Source: Carcharhinus amblyrhynchos
Taxonomy: Eukaryota
Assembly: GCA_965287045.1 (NCBI GenBank)
Contig: OZ336885.1
Location: forward strand, 62,806,001-62,870,000
DNA length: 64,000 bases
Direction: 5' to 3'
A model generated the notes under the pieces. That model had not been told where the DNA came from and ran no database searches. It saw nothing but the letters and a program-made list of their open reading frames with translations. The position numbers were made by a program, and so were the translations under genes. Every line of letters begins with the position of its first letter. The stretch's first letter is position 1. This document shows positions 15,201-28,100 of this stretch, piece after piece.

Positions 15201-18200
15201 TATCCATTCGACACCACATCCCTCTTTCGATAATGCTGTCGTTTTCCGAACGATTCCATGGTCTGGTATGTTGAGTTGCTAGTCATGCCCTGATATCAAC
15301 CATGCTTATTAATGGTAACAATATCACGCTTCCATACGCCAAACCATAACTTCAATTTAGCAGTGTTACCTGTTAGACTACGATTAAAGTAAAGGACGTC
15401 CACGCGTGCCTTACTCGCATGATACTCAAAAATTCTGAACTGATTCTGAGATTCTTCCTTTACTGTGATATTACGTATCTCGATCTTTTTAACATTCTGA
15501 TTCTCCACCTCCTGCCTATCTTGTTGGCACTACATTTTACTACCCACTAAACCTATCTGCAACGCTATTGTCCCCAATCTGATTCAGGGCAAGCTCTTCC
15601 CGATTGCGCATATCCCACTTTCCCCAGAAATGTGGAGCCCATCAGCTAACCTTCGAATCACCGCTCCCATAACAGCATTACAATTCAGATTTTGGAGCTG
15701 ATATTTCTTATGTTCTTATGTTCTTATAACTTCAGCAATGGAAATTCTAAACGCCTGACTGCAATTAGATTTATCGCTCCACTTAATGTAATTCAAACTG
15801 GTGTTGGTATGTTATATCACAATTTCCTTTCTCTTATTAAAATTTTGTTCATCGACAGTTATACAGTAATCGCCTGTCTTCATTGATAATTTATTGATAA
15901 TTGTGGTGTACCTGTTTTCTAATTCTCACAGGATTCCTATTCTTTTCCCTCGCTCTCTGTCTCTCCCCCCCCCCCAACACAACACTCCCCCAGCCCCTCC
16001 CCCGCCCCCAACCCCTCCCATATGAACACAGCAACTTAACGTCTTCTGGAAGTGCGGCAGTATTTTTCATTCATATCATTCTTCTCACAAGCCACGTCAA
16101 TTCAACGTTCGTCTGCTTACGTTTTTAGCTATATTTTTTTCTTTTCCACTTCACGCATCTCAACTTTGTATTGGCGTCGTTTTGGATTCAGTATTGGTAA
16201 CACATCGTTCAGCAATCGCAGTGGTTTATTAAATATTGTTTTTTTATCAATTTTAATTATTGGCTTCCCTATATCCGATTTTTTTTAATAGTCCTCAATT
16301 TTATTGTTTGTTTTAATAATCATGAATTGAAATTAAACGTGTTATTCGGCATGCGATTAGTGCAAATGTATATGTCAGATCAGACTGATGCCGCATTCGT
16401 GGGAATATGTTCCAACACATAAATGAAATCAGCATGTTTGTCCATCACAGAAAACCTGTTGAAGGAAAAAGAGAAAGGTATTTACCGAGATTGACGGAGT
16501 GTTCGCAGGAATGAATTGTGATTCCAAAATGAGCGAAACAAAATGGCAAACAATGAAGTGGAAATATGTTTTCGAATGCTTCTCTCCGACTCTCATCCCA
16601 CATTCCTCTTACATCATTCTACATCACATCGGAGAAGTGAACTGATGAAAGCAAATAAATGGCATTGGGAAACTTTATGACGGCGCTGAAAAAAATGGCC
16701 GTATATTTCCATAATTTGTAAATACCACAAAGCCCACCGTTCGCAACAAACAGCCGTTTATCGTCCAACGCAAAAAAAAGTTAAATCGATGTCAGTTTAA
16801 ATTTAATTTGGTAGCCTTGGCATTTTCTGCATAAATTCTTACGGCTGTTGTATACTGCAAGGAAAAAAAAAATCTGCATGGAATTTCGACTGAAGTATGC
16901 CACATATTTACAATATCAATTGAGTAGTATTTCCTTTTAATTTCCTAACTTGAAAATCCGTTGGCGTTCGCAGTTACAAAGGAAAGATGTTGTGGTCTTT
17001 CTTAGGAAGACACAAATAAGAAGAAGCGAATAATACTGTGCATTTTTAAGAACACATACTTGCCCATCATATTATTGTAGACGGTCACCATAAGGAAGTG
17101 TGTGTGTGTGTGTGTGCGCGCGCGCGCATATGTGTGTACGTGGAAGTGCAACATGACAATGTATCTTTTGTCTCAGAATTGCAGTCCAAAATATGTTATT
17201 TGCATATCTAAACAGTTGGGCATTGATGTTGCAAAACCAGCATTTGTTAGCCTCAATTACTTTGCATCTTTATAATTGGCGCTCATAGTCTCTCTTTTCA
17301 ACCTCAACGTTTGTTTTCAGGTTACTGATTCGATAATTTTCGGCTCAGAATTCCACCAAACCACAATATTAAAACGTTTGCATTGTAATCATGCTTTGTG
17401 GATATTGCTCTCCATATAAACATCCCCAACTCGTTTGGCCACGACACAATCGCCACGCTTGTAACATTCAGTTTGCCTGCCAAATATCGACAGGATTCTT
17501 TTGTTTTTTTTTGGTGCGAGCTGCAAACAAAGTTCACACTATCACCCCAGCAAGATGTGACACTCGTTTTGAAAACAAAGAGTTGTGATTCTCCCAAAAC
17601 AAAAACAATTGTCCAACGAGTGCAAGACGGGAGTAAGTTAACCTGACCTCGTTCCCCTCCCACACAACCCAGGCCACACGGATATCCTACCAACTCACAG
17701 ATAGTAGGGCTACGAACCTCCTCAGGCCAGCACCGATCACGTGCTCTCCCCCCATTCCTCCACTTCACACACCTGCCCCCGCCTCCCCCCACCACCCCCC
17801 ACCCCATCAGCCCTTTCTCACTCCATACCTCTGGCCATCCCTTATCTCCCTGCCGCCAGAACGGTTTATTTGAATTTACATAGGATTCGTGTGCAGTGAC
17901 AGGAGCTTTAACAACCGGCTCGGGCAATGGTAGTTTCTGGAACAAGTGTCTTCATTGCTGCATCTCAAATATTACTAAACGGCGTTAGACATGCTCTAAG
18001 TATTGCCTTCAGTTGATGTGCGATTGTTCGCAAAATGAAGCAATTGATACTTCTCGGTGATTTAGGAAATTGCATCAGAATGTGGAAGCGGAAAATCCAC
18101 CTCGCCAATTTTTCAAATGTGGGCTGCGATAACTTTCCCAGTTTCACACAGGTGTGCTGTGCACAACGAAATTTGAAATTATCAATATTGATGGAGCATC

Positions 18201-19115
18201 GAACACTTCTTGTTCCTCAGTTGAATGACACTAGTCATATCCTGTCAGTCGGTTCGAACAGTCTTTCCTTTGCGAATCAACAGTTTTTTCAGGATGATAT
18301 TTGGGACAGTAATTGTCAGCAGCTGAACATCTAACTTTTTGAGTGACGTAAGATTTTTTTTTCACTCTACCAGCTCCGAACCAATGATTGCAAATTATGT
18401 TTCCAAACTATTAATTTTGCTTATATGAAGGGAAACAATAACCACTTTGATTAAATGCCTCAACTTATTTCTACCAATGTGTCGAATTAAAGTGTTTAAC
18501 ATGTTTTACGTTTCGAATGAGTTACGCAATCACAATAATGTTTTTAGTGTGGATTGGGTCAAAACTTTTTCTTTATTCACCTTTTTTTACAAGTTCCATG
18601 CAATAATGCGCGTCATATTGAATTCATGCAATCGGATGACGCAGAACACTATTTCAAAATTGAAATTTCACGTTTCATTTCACGAAGCACCATCGAGGAT
18701 TGCGCACTGAAGGATTGAAATAAGGAGACGTTGAGACAGGAGATACAAAGGAAGCGGTGGAAGTAGATTAGGCTGTCTCTAGGCCGAGTCGTGCACGAGA
18801 TGCACGCATATATATGGCTATGTTTCCAGTGTGGTAATTATGATACATCAGAACTCGATCACTGAACTTTAATTGGAGTGTTTCGGGGAGGAGGGGGGGG
18901 GGGGTGGAATTAACTGTGCGACACAGCAGCTACCACCAAACACAAGCAAAACTTGATTAAAAAATCTAACGCTCAAGGTGAATTCGAGGTTAGAAACTTC
19001 TGATGCTAAAATGTCAAATGGGAACGACAGAGAACCGAGAAAAATATATTTATTTTCTGAAGAGGGACATGTCTCAAATTTCAGGAACATAAGGAAATGG
19101 TAAAGGTTTTAATTG

Positions 19116-19156
<41 letters not shown>

Positions 19157-22100
19157 TGTCTGTCAATATGAGAAAGAGAGGGAGATTTCGTTCTGGAATG
19201 TAACTCGAACTGGATGAGATGTAAGAGCGTCCTAGTTGTCATTTAGTGCTTAGATGTTAATAAACGTCCTTTTTTCATTGTCCTCCATACGAAAGGAAAT
19301 CTCACCTTTCCCCATACATTTCTGCGCATTCTAACACATTGAGGAAATGCACACAAATAACTAACGTTCTATTTTAACTTTCTGGGGGTGGGGATCTCCT
19401 ATTGTTTAACGCCAGTGGGGTTTCCAAATGCGCGCCTGTCTTTGTGCGTATGTGTGCGCGTATGTGTGTGTGCGTTTGTGACGGGGGGAGGGCAGTTTGA
19501 TTTCATGTACGCTCACACGCACATGTATGGGTGCAGTTGTTTGCCAGTCGAAAAATAGATAACCTTTTTTAGCGTAGGTGATGCAAATTTGGTGATGAAC
19601 AGGATTACCTAATTTAAACAATTACATCAGATTGCAAGAATGACAAACAACAATCTGATATACAAATGGGTAATGAGAAATGAGTAACATCATCTGACTG
19701 AGATTATAACTATAATAAGGACAATGTAACAACGTTAAAAATCGAATGCATTAGAGGTAAATTCCCTTCATTCAGGCTGTAATTTACGTTCAGTTTTTGT
19801 ATGACCCATTAAAAATTATGTGTAAAAAAAATAATCAGTGACAGGGATCGTTGGAAATAAAGTGTGCTGCAGAACGCAATCAATGTAATGAAATGTCGCG
19901 ACGCCAGTTGGTGAAATGTTTCAAGCAAGCACGAAACTTAATCAATAAGCCAGAGAGTTGAAGAAAAGCATGAAGGAAACAAAGATTAGCGATGTCAACA
20001 TCTTTGTCGTATGCCTTTCTCTTTCCATTGGCATTTAAACTGGAGAAAAAAAAAGTTCAGGACGTGAGTCTTAACTGAAAATAAAATAGCTTGACGTTCG
20101 AGGAGAAACAATAATGGAAGTACAATGGAAACCATGACTGTGTTTAGCGAGGATTAATGTGTTTTTTTGTCGCAAACTTTGCTTCTTTGAGCATTAAATA
20201 TGCTGCCAGGGTTCATGCTAATGGATCCCCCTTCCCCACCAAACCTACGCAAGAGAAAACGTCCATGGACCCAGCAAACGGAAGATGTGCTGCAGAATTG
20301 CAAAATGTCGTAACCTTCGTCAGTCGTAGCAAAAAGAGACGTTCAGCTGAGTCTATAGGGAACGTATGGTTTGAATTTGTTAAGTGTTCAAGTAATCAAT
20401 TTTCCTTCGATGATTTTTGATTAAAAAAACAAAATACAAGCAAAAGCTGTTTTACAAAATGAAAATATTCTTCATATGATCCGTCAGTTTTCATTTAATT
20501 GAAGGATCAGCTTTAGAATGGGAAACAAAATATGATTTAGACAGACTACGGCAAACTCCCATTACTCATTGATGGATAAAGATAAGGACAGGATGAAGTT
20601 CAATACCATGACCTTAATTTCATCTGCAATAGAATAATAGTTTCAGCGGATCATAGATAAAGATGCTCATAAAATAATAGAATATCTAATGTACACAAGG
20701 AAGCCATTCCGCCCGTAAACTCTGACCAAAAACTACCCGCCTATCCTTATCCCCATAATCCTACGTTTTCCAGAAACCTAGGGACAATTATGTATGGTCA
20801 ATCCATCTCATACGCATTTTTGAACTCAAGGAGGTAATATCTAGAGATGGTTAGAAATCTGGATAGGTGTGAGGAAATCGAACAATTGAAATAAATGTGT
20901 TTTTTTCTTCTGAGTGGACGTCAATGACTATTGGGTTCCATAGAGATTTGTGGAGGACCCCAAATGCTCACATGGCATATTCATGATTGGAGGAGGAAAC
21001 TGAAAGCAATATCTCCAGATTTACAGATGATAAAAGTTGTATGGGAGGGTGAGTAGTGACATGGATGCAAAGATGTTTCACCGTGATTTGGAAGGACTCA
21101 GTTTCTGAAAATAATGTGGCTAAACCTGTATTAATCCAATTTTGTAGCAGAAAGTGAAAGACAGCTAATTATGTGAATGAGTGTAAATAGAGAGATGTTG
21201 ATACTCAGCGAATTCTTGTTGCCCTCGAGCGTGAGCCTGTGAAATTAAGTGTGCCGATACAAAAGACAGTGAATAAAGCAAATAGTATGTTAGTCTTCAT
21301 AGAGACGAGTTTTGAGTATAGGGAAGGGGATGTTGTTTCTGCATTTCTGTAGGATGGCAGCAAAGACTAACTTGGTTAGGATTATATTCACTGGAATTTA
21401 GAACACAAATCGGGAGTCTTATTGAAACTTAAAACAATCTAACCCTATTACACACGGTGAAATCAGGAATAATATTCCCAACGGTCGATGAGTCTAGAAT
21501 AAGGGCCACAGTTTTAGGATAAAAGGTAAAACTGCTTGACATGGTCTCGGGAGACGTTGCTTCATCCAGACGTGATGAATGCGTGAATTTAATTACCATA
21601 GAATGCAGTTGATTCCAAAACTTTTTCTAATTTCAAGAACAAATTTGTCTGACAAATTTACTGGAGTTCTATGAGGATGTGTCTAGGGCAATGGATAGAG
21701 GAGAGCCGGTGGATGTGGTCTTTCTGGATTTTCAGAAGGCGTTTGACAAGGTACCTCACAAGAGGTTATTGCAGAAGGTCAGGGGACATGGAGTTGGGGG
21801 TAGGGTGTTAGCGTGGATAGAGGATTGGTTGTCAAATAGGAGGCAGAGAGTGGGGGTCAACGGGTGCTATTCGGATTGGCGGTTGGTGACTAGTGGGGTG
21901 CCCCAGGGGTCGGTGCTGGGGCCTCAGCTATTTACCATTTATATAGATGATCTGGAGGAGGGAACCGAGTGCAGGGTGTCGAAATTTGCTGATGACACCA
22001 AGATTGGGGGAAAGGCAAATTGTGCGGAGGGTGTGGAGAGTCTGCAGAAGGATCTAGATAGGCTGGGCGAATGGGCCAGGAAATGGCAAATGGAATTTAA

Positions 22101-25100
22101 TGTTGGCAAGTGTGAGGTGGTCCACTTTGGTAGGAAGAATGGTAGGAAGGATTATTACTTACGTGGCGAAAAACTGCAGCAGGCGACGGTGCAGAGGGAC
22201 CTCGGGGTCCTTGTGCATGAGTCGCAAAAACCCAGCTTGCAGGTGCAGCAGGTGGTCAGGAAGGCGAATGGGATGCTGGCCTTCATAGCGAGGGGGATTG
22301 AATATAAAAGTAGGGAGGTCTTGCTGCAGCTGTATAGGGCATTGGTGAGGCCGCAGCTGGAGTACTGTGTGCAGTTTTGGCCGCCGCACCTGCGCAAGGA
22401 TATTTTGGCCCTGTAGGGAGTGCAGAGGAGATTTACTAGGCTGATACCGGAGTTGAGGGGATTGAGCTATGAGGAGAGGCTGAATAAACTAGGCTTGTAC
22501 TCGTTAGAGTTTAGAAGAATGAGGGGAGATCTCATTGAGACGTATAAGATGATGAATGGGATGGATAGGATAGAGGTGGGGAGACTCTTCCCGCTCAAAA
22601 AAGACAGTAGGACTAGGGGGCACAGCCTCAAGATAAAGGGGAGGCGGTTTAGAACGGAGTTGAGGAGGAACTTCTTCACTCAAAGGGTGGTGAATCTCTG
22701 GAATTCTCTGCCCGTTGTAGTGGTGGAGGCTGCCTCGCTAAATATTTTTAAGAAGCGGGTTGATGGGTTCTTGATAAGAGAGGGGATTAAGGGTTATGGG
22801 GAGAGGGCGGGAAAGTGGAACTGAGCCACAACAGATCAGCCATGATCTTATTGAATGGCGGGGCAGGCTCGAAGGGCTAGATGGCCTACTCCTGCTCCTA
22901 TTTCTAATGTTCTTATGTTCTTAAGTGATATGGAGGTAAGTGGAGATCTGAGTATTAATTTGAATGACCAGTGACGATCAAAATGAATAGCCCAGCAGAC
23001 TCGGGGGGCTGAATGACCTTCTCTAGCTTCAGTTCCTATGTTTCTAAACAGGAGGATCCGGAGGAGACGGAAGGAAATACACAAAAAAAGTAAACTCAGA
23101 GAGACAGTCAACGAAAGCAATATCTGAGCTCAGATCGTTGGTGTTCTGAGACAGCATTGATAACTACGCGGTGAGGCTGCAGTGCTAAACAACTTAGCAA
23201 TGGATTTTCGACAAAGAGGCATGGACGATCGAAGTTCAAACTTAAGTCAGCTGGGATTGAATTACTGCATGAGGGACTACCATGAGCTCTGGGACACTTC
23301 AATTAGCGAGTCAAAGTTCGCTGACATTGAATGAAAGACGACCAAAGCATGGCACGGTTTTTGCTGAATGAAGCCAAACAAAGCTGTTCACCTTAACTGC
23401 AAGCATATTAATGTGTTACGAAGTCAAAACATGATTGCCTTGGAAATGTTCGTTGTAATCACGTATGCTGCGGAAATTTAATGCTGCAGGCTTCTTGTGA
23501 CGCGAGCGCTGGAAATCGAAATATTTTTAATGCCCAAATTACATTCGATAGGCACTTACAGCAATGAATTGCCAAGTGCGTCCTAAATTGAACGGCTGAC
23601 TTTAACCGTTTCTTCGACCGAGGGTGCCAAGGTGCTCCGAAAAATCTCGCAATTGGTCTTAATGATTGCTCAACTCACGAACGCACGACTTCTGTACTTG
23701 CAAATGTACAAAATCAACTAACATCACTTTATTTTAATCATGATTCAGCCTTAGCCACGTGTCAAGAAGCTTTAATGCAATCAGGTAAGCCTCGTAACAG
23801 GATCTTTGTGAAACGCTGGGAGATTACAATGAAATAAGATAACAAAGAACAAAGGACAGGAACAGTTCGACGTCTGTGCCGACCATGAATTCTGTCTAAA
23901 CTAAAACGGTGTTTACTTACACTGTCCTCATCCTGCCATGCCTATCCGATTCATGTATTCTTCGAAGTGCCCCTTATATGGTACTATCATAACTGCTTCC
24001 ACCGCCTTCATGGACAAGACTTTGCAGCCAGTCACCAGACATTTTACAAAAAATAACTAGTCCGCACGTAACATAAACTTCTGACTTCTTGCACTTGATT
24101 TTTCTACCGACACAAAGAATATCTGACTAGCGATTCTGTTCCTCTCATTCATAACCTTGTAAAGCTCATTGCGTTGAGAATTAATTGGAAAAATGATAAT
24201 GCTCTTTAATCCGGGCAGACGTGAGGCAACGCTTTTTGGATGGTCCAATGCGTATAGGGAATATACGGTAAATGGTAGAACGCTGAGGAGTATTGGCTCC
24301 ATCGACATGTGGGCATGTATCCCCACCGAACCCCCATATGTTTGGACTGTATAACAAAACCAGAGCACCTGGAGGAAACCGACGCAAACACTGCGAGAAT
24401 TACTAAAATCCACACAGACAGTGGCACAATCTCGGAACTGGTCTCCGGAGCTTTGAGGTGATGTTGTTACAACTATGCTACCGTGCCGGCTAATACCATT
24501 TTATATCGACGGTTACCGATACTTTCAACACGTATCCTTCATGTTGACAGGTACGTGACCGCCCTGAATTACAATTAAAAACGTTTCAATGACTCCCACA
24601 TGTCGAATGCCGTTTATTCTTCAAACAGCTTTCCCGAATCTAACCTCGCCAGGTTTTATCTATGATGTTATAGTGAGGTTTTCCCAATTTAGCAACTTCA
24701 TCCAAGAGTCACTTTTTTCTATATCCAAACGGCACTGAAAACTTACAAAAATATTGAGTTTGTTCCCGAAATGCCCTCCTGCTGAATGCTCAAACACCTG
24801 GTCGTCTCACTGTTTAATTTTAGGACTGATATGACTTGTTCTTGCGTTTGCGATCTGCATAGTATATCAAGACATCCTCAGAGATGCTTCACACATTGTC
24901 TACCCCATCGAAGTAACAAACAGTAACTGAGTTCAGGTCAATATTTGGAAATTTTCAATCACCCACCACAGCAACCCTGTTGTTTTTGCATCTTTCCAAA
25001 ATCTGTCTGCGTGCCTGCTCCTCTATCTCCCTCTTGCTGTTATGAGGGCTGTCATAAATCTCCAACATTGTTACTGCACCACTTCTATTACTGAGCGCTA

Positions 25101-28100
25101 CTCACATGCCTCACCGCCAGGACAATTGTAAACATCTTTGGTAATCCCCTTAACCTGTATGGCAACTCCCCCACCCGTTCAACACCACCCTATATGACGG
25201 ATCGAAATCCTGGAATGCTTCGCTACCTATTCTGTTCATCTTTCAGCCATGTTTCTGTAATAGCAAGAACAACTTAGTTCCAAGTATGAATCCAAGAAAT
25301 TAATTAATCTGCCTTGCATTCGTTATACTCTTCGCATTGAAACCATGTGCTACTGACCGCCAGGGTGGCTGTGTTCATATACAACTCCCTGTTTGATTTT
25401 CTGTGTAATCTTCGCGCCCTTTATTCAATAGTGTACCCTCAGATATTCCCCCCACTGACGCACGACTATAGTTCCATCCCCCTTGACATACAAGTTTGAA
25501 AATTTCACTGTTCCTCTATCGAATACTTGTCAGAATATCGATCTACCACCTCACCCTTTCCACACACCCCCTCCACCCCCCGTCCCTCCTGCGACCCCAC
25601 CCCGCTCTCCGACAAAAAGAGTGCAACACGTCCTTCTTGTACAGGTCGCTATCCCGCAAGAGATCCTAATGGTCAAATTATCAGAATCACCCCCTCCTAC
25701 ACCAGCTCTTTAGCCAAATTATTAATTGCACTGACTTCCTATTCCCAGCGTCAGTGGCACCTGGCAAACCCCGGTAACCTTTCTGAACTTTCTACCTAAT
25801 TCTCTGAAATCTCCTTGCAGAAACTTATCATTCTTCCTACCTATTTCGTTAGGATAAGTGCGTACCACTTCTGCTGTTCACCATTCTCTTCCAGAATCCC
25901 CCATGTCCGTTCAGAGATACCCTTGCCCCTCTCACCAGGGAGGCAGCATATAATCCAGGAATGCATTTCAACTGCCACAGAAACGCCTGTCTGTGCCCTG
26001 ACCATGGATTCCCCTATGGCTATCGCTCTTCTGCAGCGTGTCCCCATTGCTGACAAAACAAGAGTGAGTCCTGGTGCAACCGCTCTTGCTGGTGATGCTT
26101 CTCCGCAACAAGTCATTCCTCCAACAGCATTAATGAAGTTATATCTGTCAAAAAGTGAGACATCATATTGGATTTCCTTGACTGTCTGCCTGATAAGAAC
26201 ATAAGAACACAAGAAATAGGAACAGGTATAGACCATCTAACCCTTCGATCCTGTCCCGCCATTCAATAAGATCACGGCTGATCTGAAGTGAATCAGTTCC
26301 ACTTTCCTGCTTTCTCCCCATAACCCTTAACTCCCCTGTCTATCAGAAACCTATGTACCCGTGACGCAAATATAATTATCGAGGTAACCTCCACCACTTC
26401 AACGAGCAGAGAATACCAGAGATTCACCACTCTTTGCGTGAAGAAATTCCTCTTCAACTCTGATCTAAACTGCTCCCCCCCCCCACCCTCTATCTTGAGG
26501 CTCTGTCCTCTCGTCCTGCTATCATTTCCAAGCGGGAAGAATCTCTCTACCTCTACCCTATCCATCCCCTTTATTATCTTATACGTCTCTATAAGATCCC
26601 CCCTATCCTTCTAAACTCCAACGAGTACAGACCGAGTCTACTTTGATCTTTTGATGGGTCAGCAAACTATCTGCCTAGTTGCGTGTGAGTAAGGCTCACT
26701 AACTTCTGCATGCGATGCTTGCCGCCTCCTGTATGGTCGTCCATCTATCACATTGCTGGTACAATCGATGTATACGTTCTGCGGGGAGTCGTAATTGGGT
26801 TCACTTCATGCAAATGGAATTCTCCCAAATTCTTCAAGCGTAACGGTTCTCCAACACGTCACAGACGATGCACGTTACCCAGCTGACTGGCTTTTACACC
26901 AACATTTTTGTTTTTATATCCTCAAAATTTAGGTTCGCGTCTCTGATAAATAGTAATAGCTAAATACCTCTGTGTCTGATAGTATTTAATCAGTTCTATG
27001 TTTTAACCTGGTTATTGATCCTTCTTGATCTGAAATCAAATTAAAATCAATAATTTAAATCAGCAGCTTAGAGTGGTTTATTTTCAAATTTATCCCAAAT
27101 TCCCGTCCATCCAATCAGGTCACAGCTTCATATGATGTCACTCAATTGTTTTGTTTCAAATTTAAAAAAAACAACAATGCCTTAAAATTACCTAATTGTC
27201 TCTCCATCCGCTCCTGGAATGAAGGCAACGAATCCCCAAGGGAAATTATTTATACTCTTACACGCACATGACACTGCTTCTTTTTCTCTCTCTCTCTCAA
27301 TCATCTTTTTATCTCGTGTCCTCAACTGCAACATTAGGGCAAGACGACATCTTGTTTTTACTACCTCAAATACCTTACAGCGCCCTTTTCCTTTGGTTAC
27401 ATCAGGAGGGCTTTCCTGCTCCTTGATTTCAGAACTTCCGCTTCCAACTCCTTCATTGGTAATGCTGAGCCAACTTCATTCTTATTTCTCCAATGAAATA
27501 TTTCTGCCATCTATATTAGCCCTTGCTCCTATCTTTTTACCGCTGGCGGGTTTCCTCCACTTTCCATTTGTTACCAGATGTTGCTGCGCCGACTTCACCC
27601 AGAATTTCAATGAAATCCCTCTGCCAGTTATAACGAATGATCTTGCCCACGCTTATCACTGGAAGGTTTCTTCCACTTCCCCCTTCTTAATCGGTGTTAC
27701 TGGGCCAAATCCACAAAGAAAGCTCTCGTAAAGTCCTCTGCAATCTCTGTCGTCTGTGGTTCCTCCGATGTATCTTGATGCTGCTCTTCCACTTCCCACT
27801 TCTTCGTGTTGTTCGTCCGTCGTCGTAGATGAGGACCCCGACACCATTAGTCATTTTGAGGCTGGGTGTGGAGTGTCCGAAGATGACTGATCAGGCCAAT
27901 TTGAGCACCAAATGTCCTGGCACATATTGGACAGACTTGTGTAGGCAATGTATTTGTTCCGGTTGTGGCTCTAGACTTGCGCAGGTCGTGCTTAAGTTAT
28001 GCTTCAGCAATGCACTTGGCTTCATAAGCTTGACGGCCCTTGTGGATGAGGCAGAGCCAAGTAGGGCGGTTTTGTGTTAGCGTTTCCCGGGTGGTCGTCT

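Noticed and set aside
17322-17945. 207-aa minus-strand ORF
   Set aside because: Low-complexity, no recognisable family, crosses a C-rich tract.
18868-19121. 14-bp direct repeat tttaattggagtgt 240 bp apart
   Set aside because: No element features between the copies; probably a relic of local duplication.
19631-19669. Open 39-nt AG..GT segment [13 protein letters not shown]
   Set aside because: Appears to be the start of a decayed larger exon; its paralog near 30543 has a stop and it would break the heptad register.
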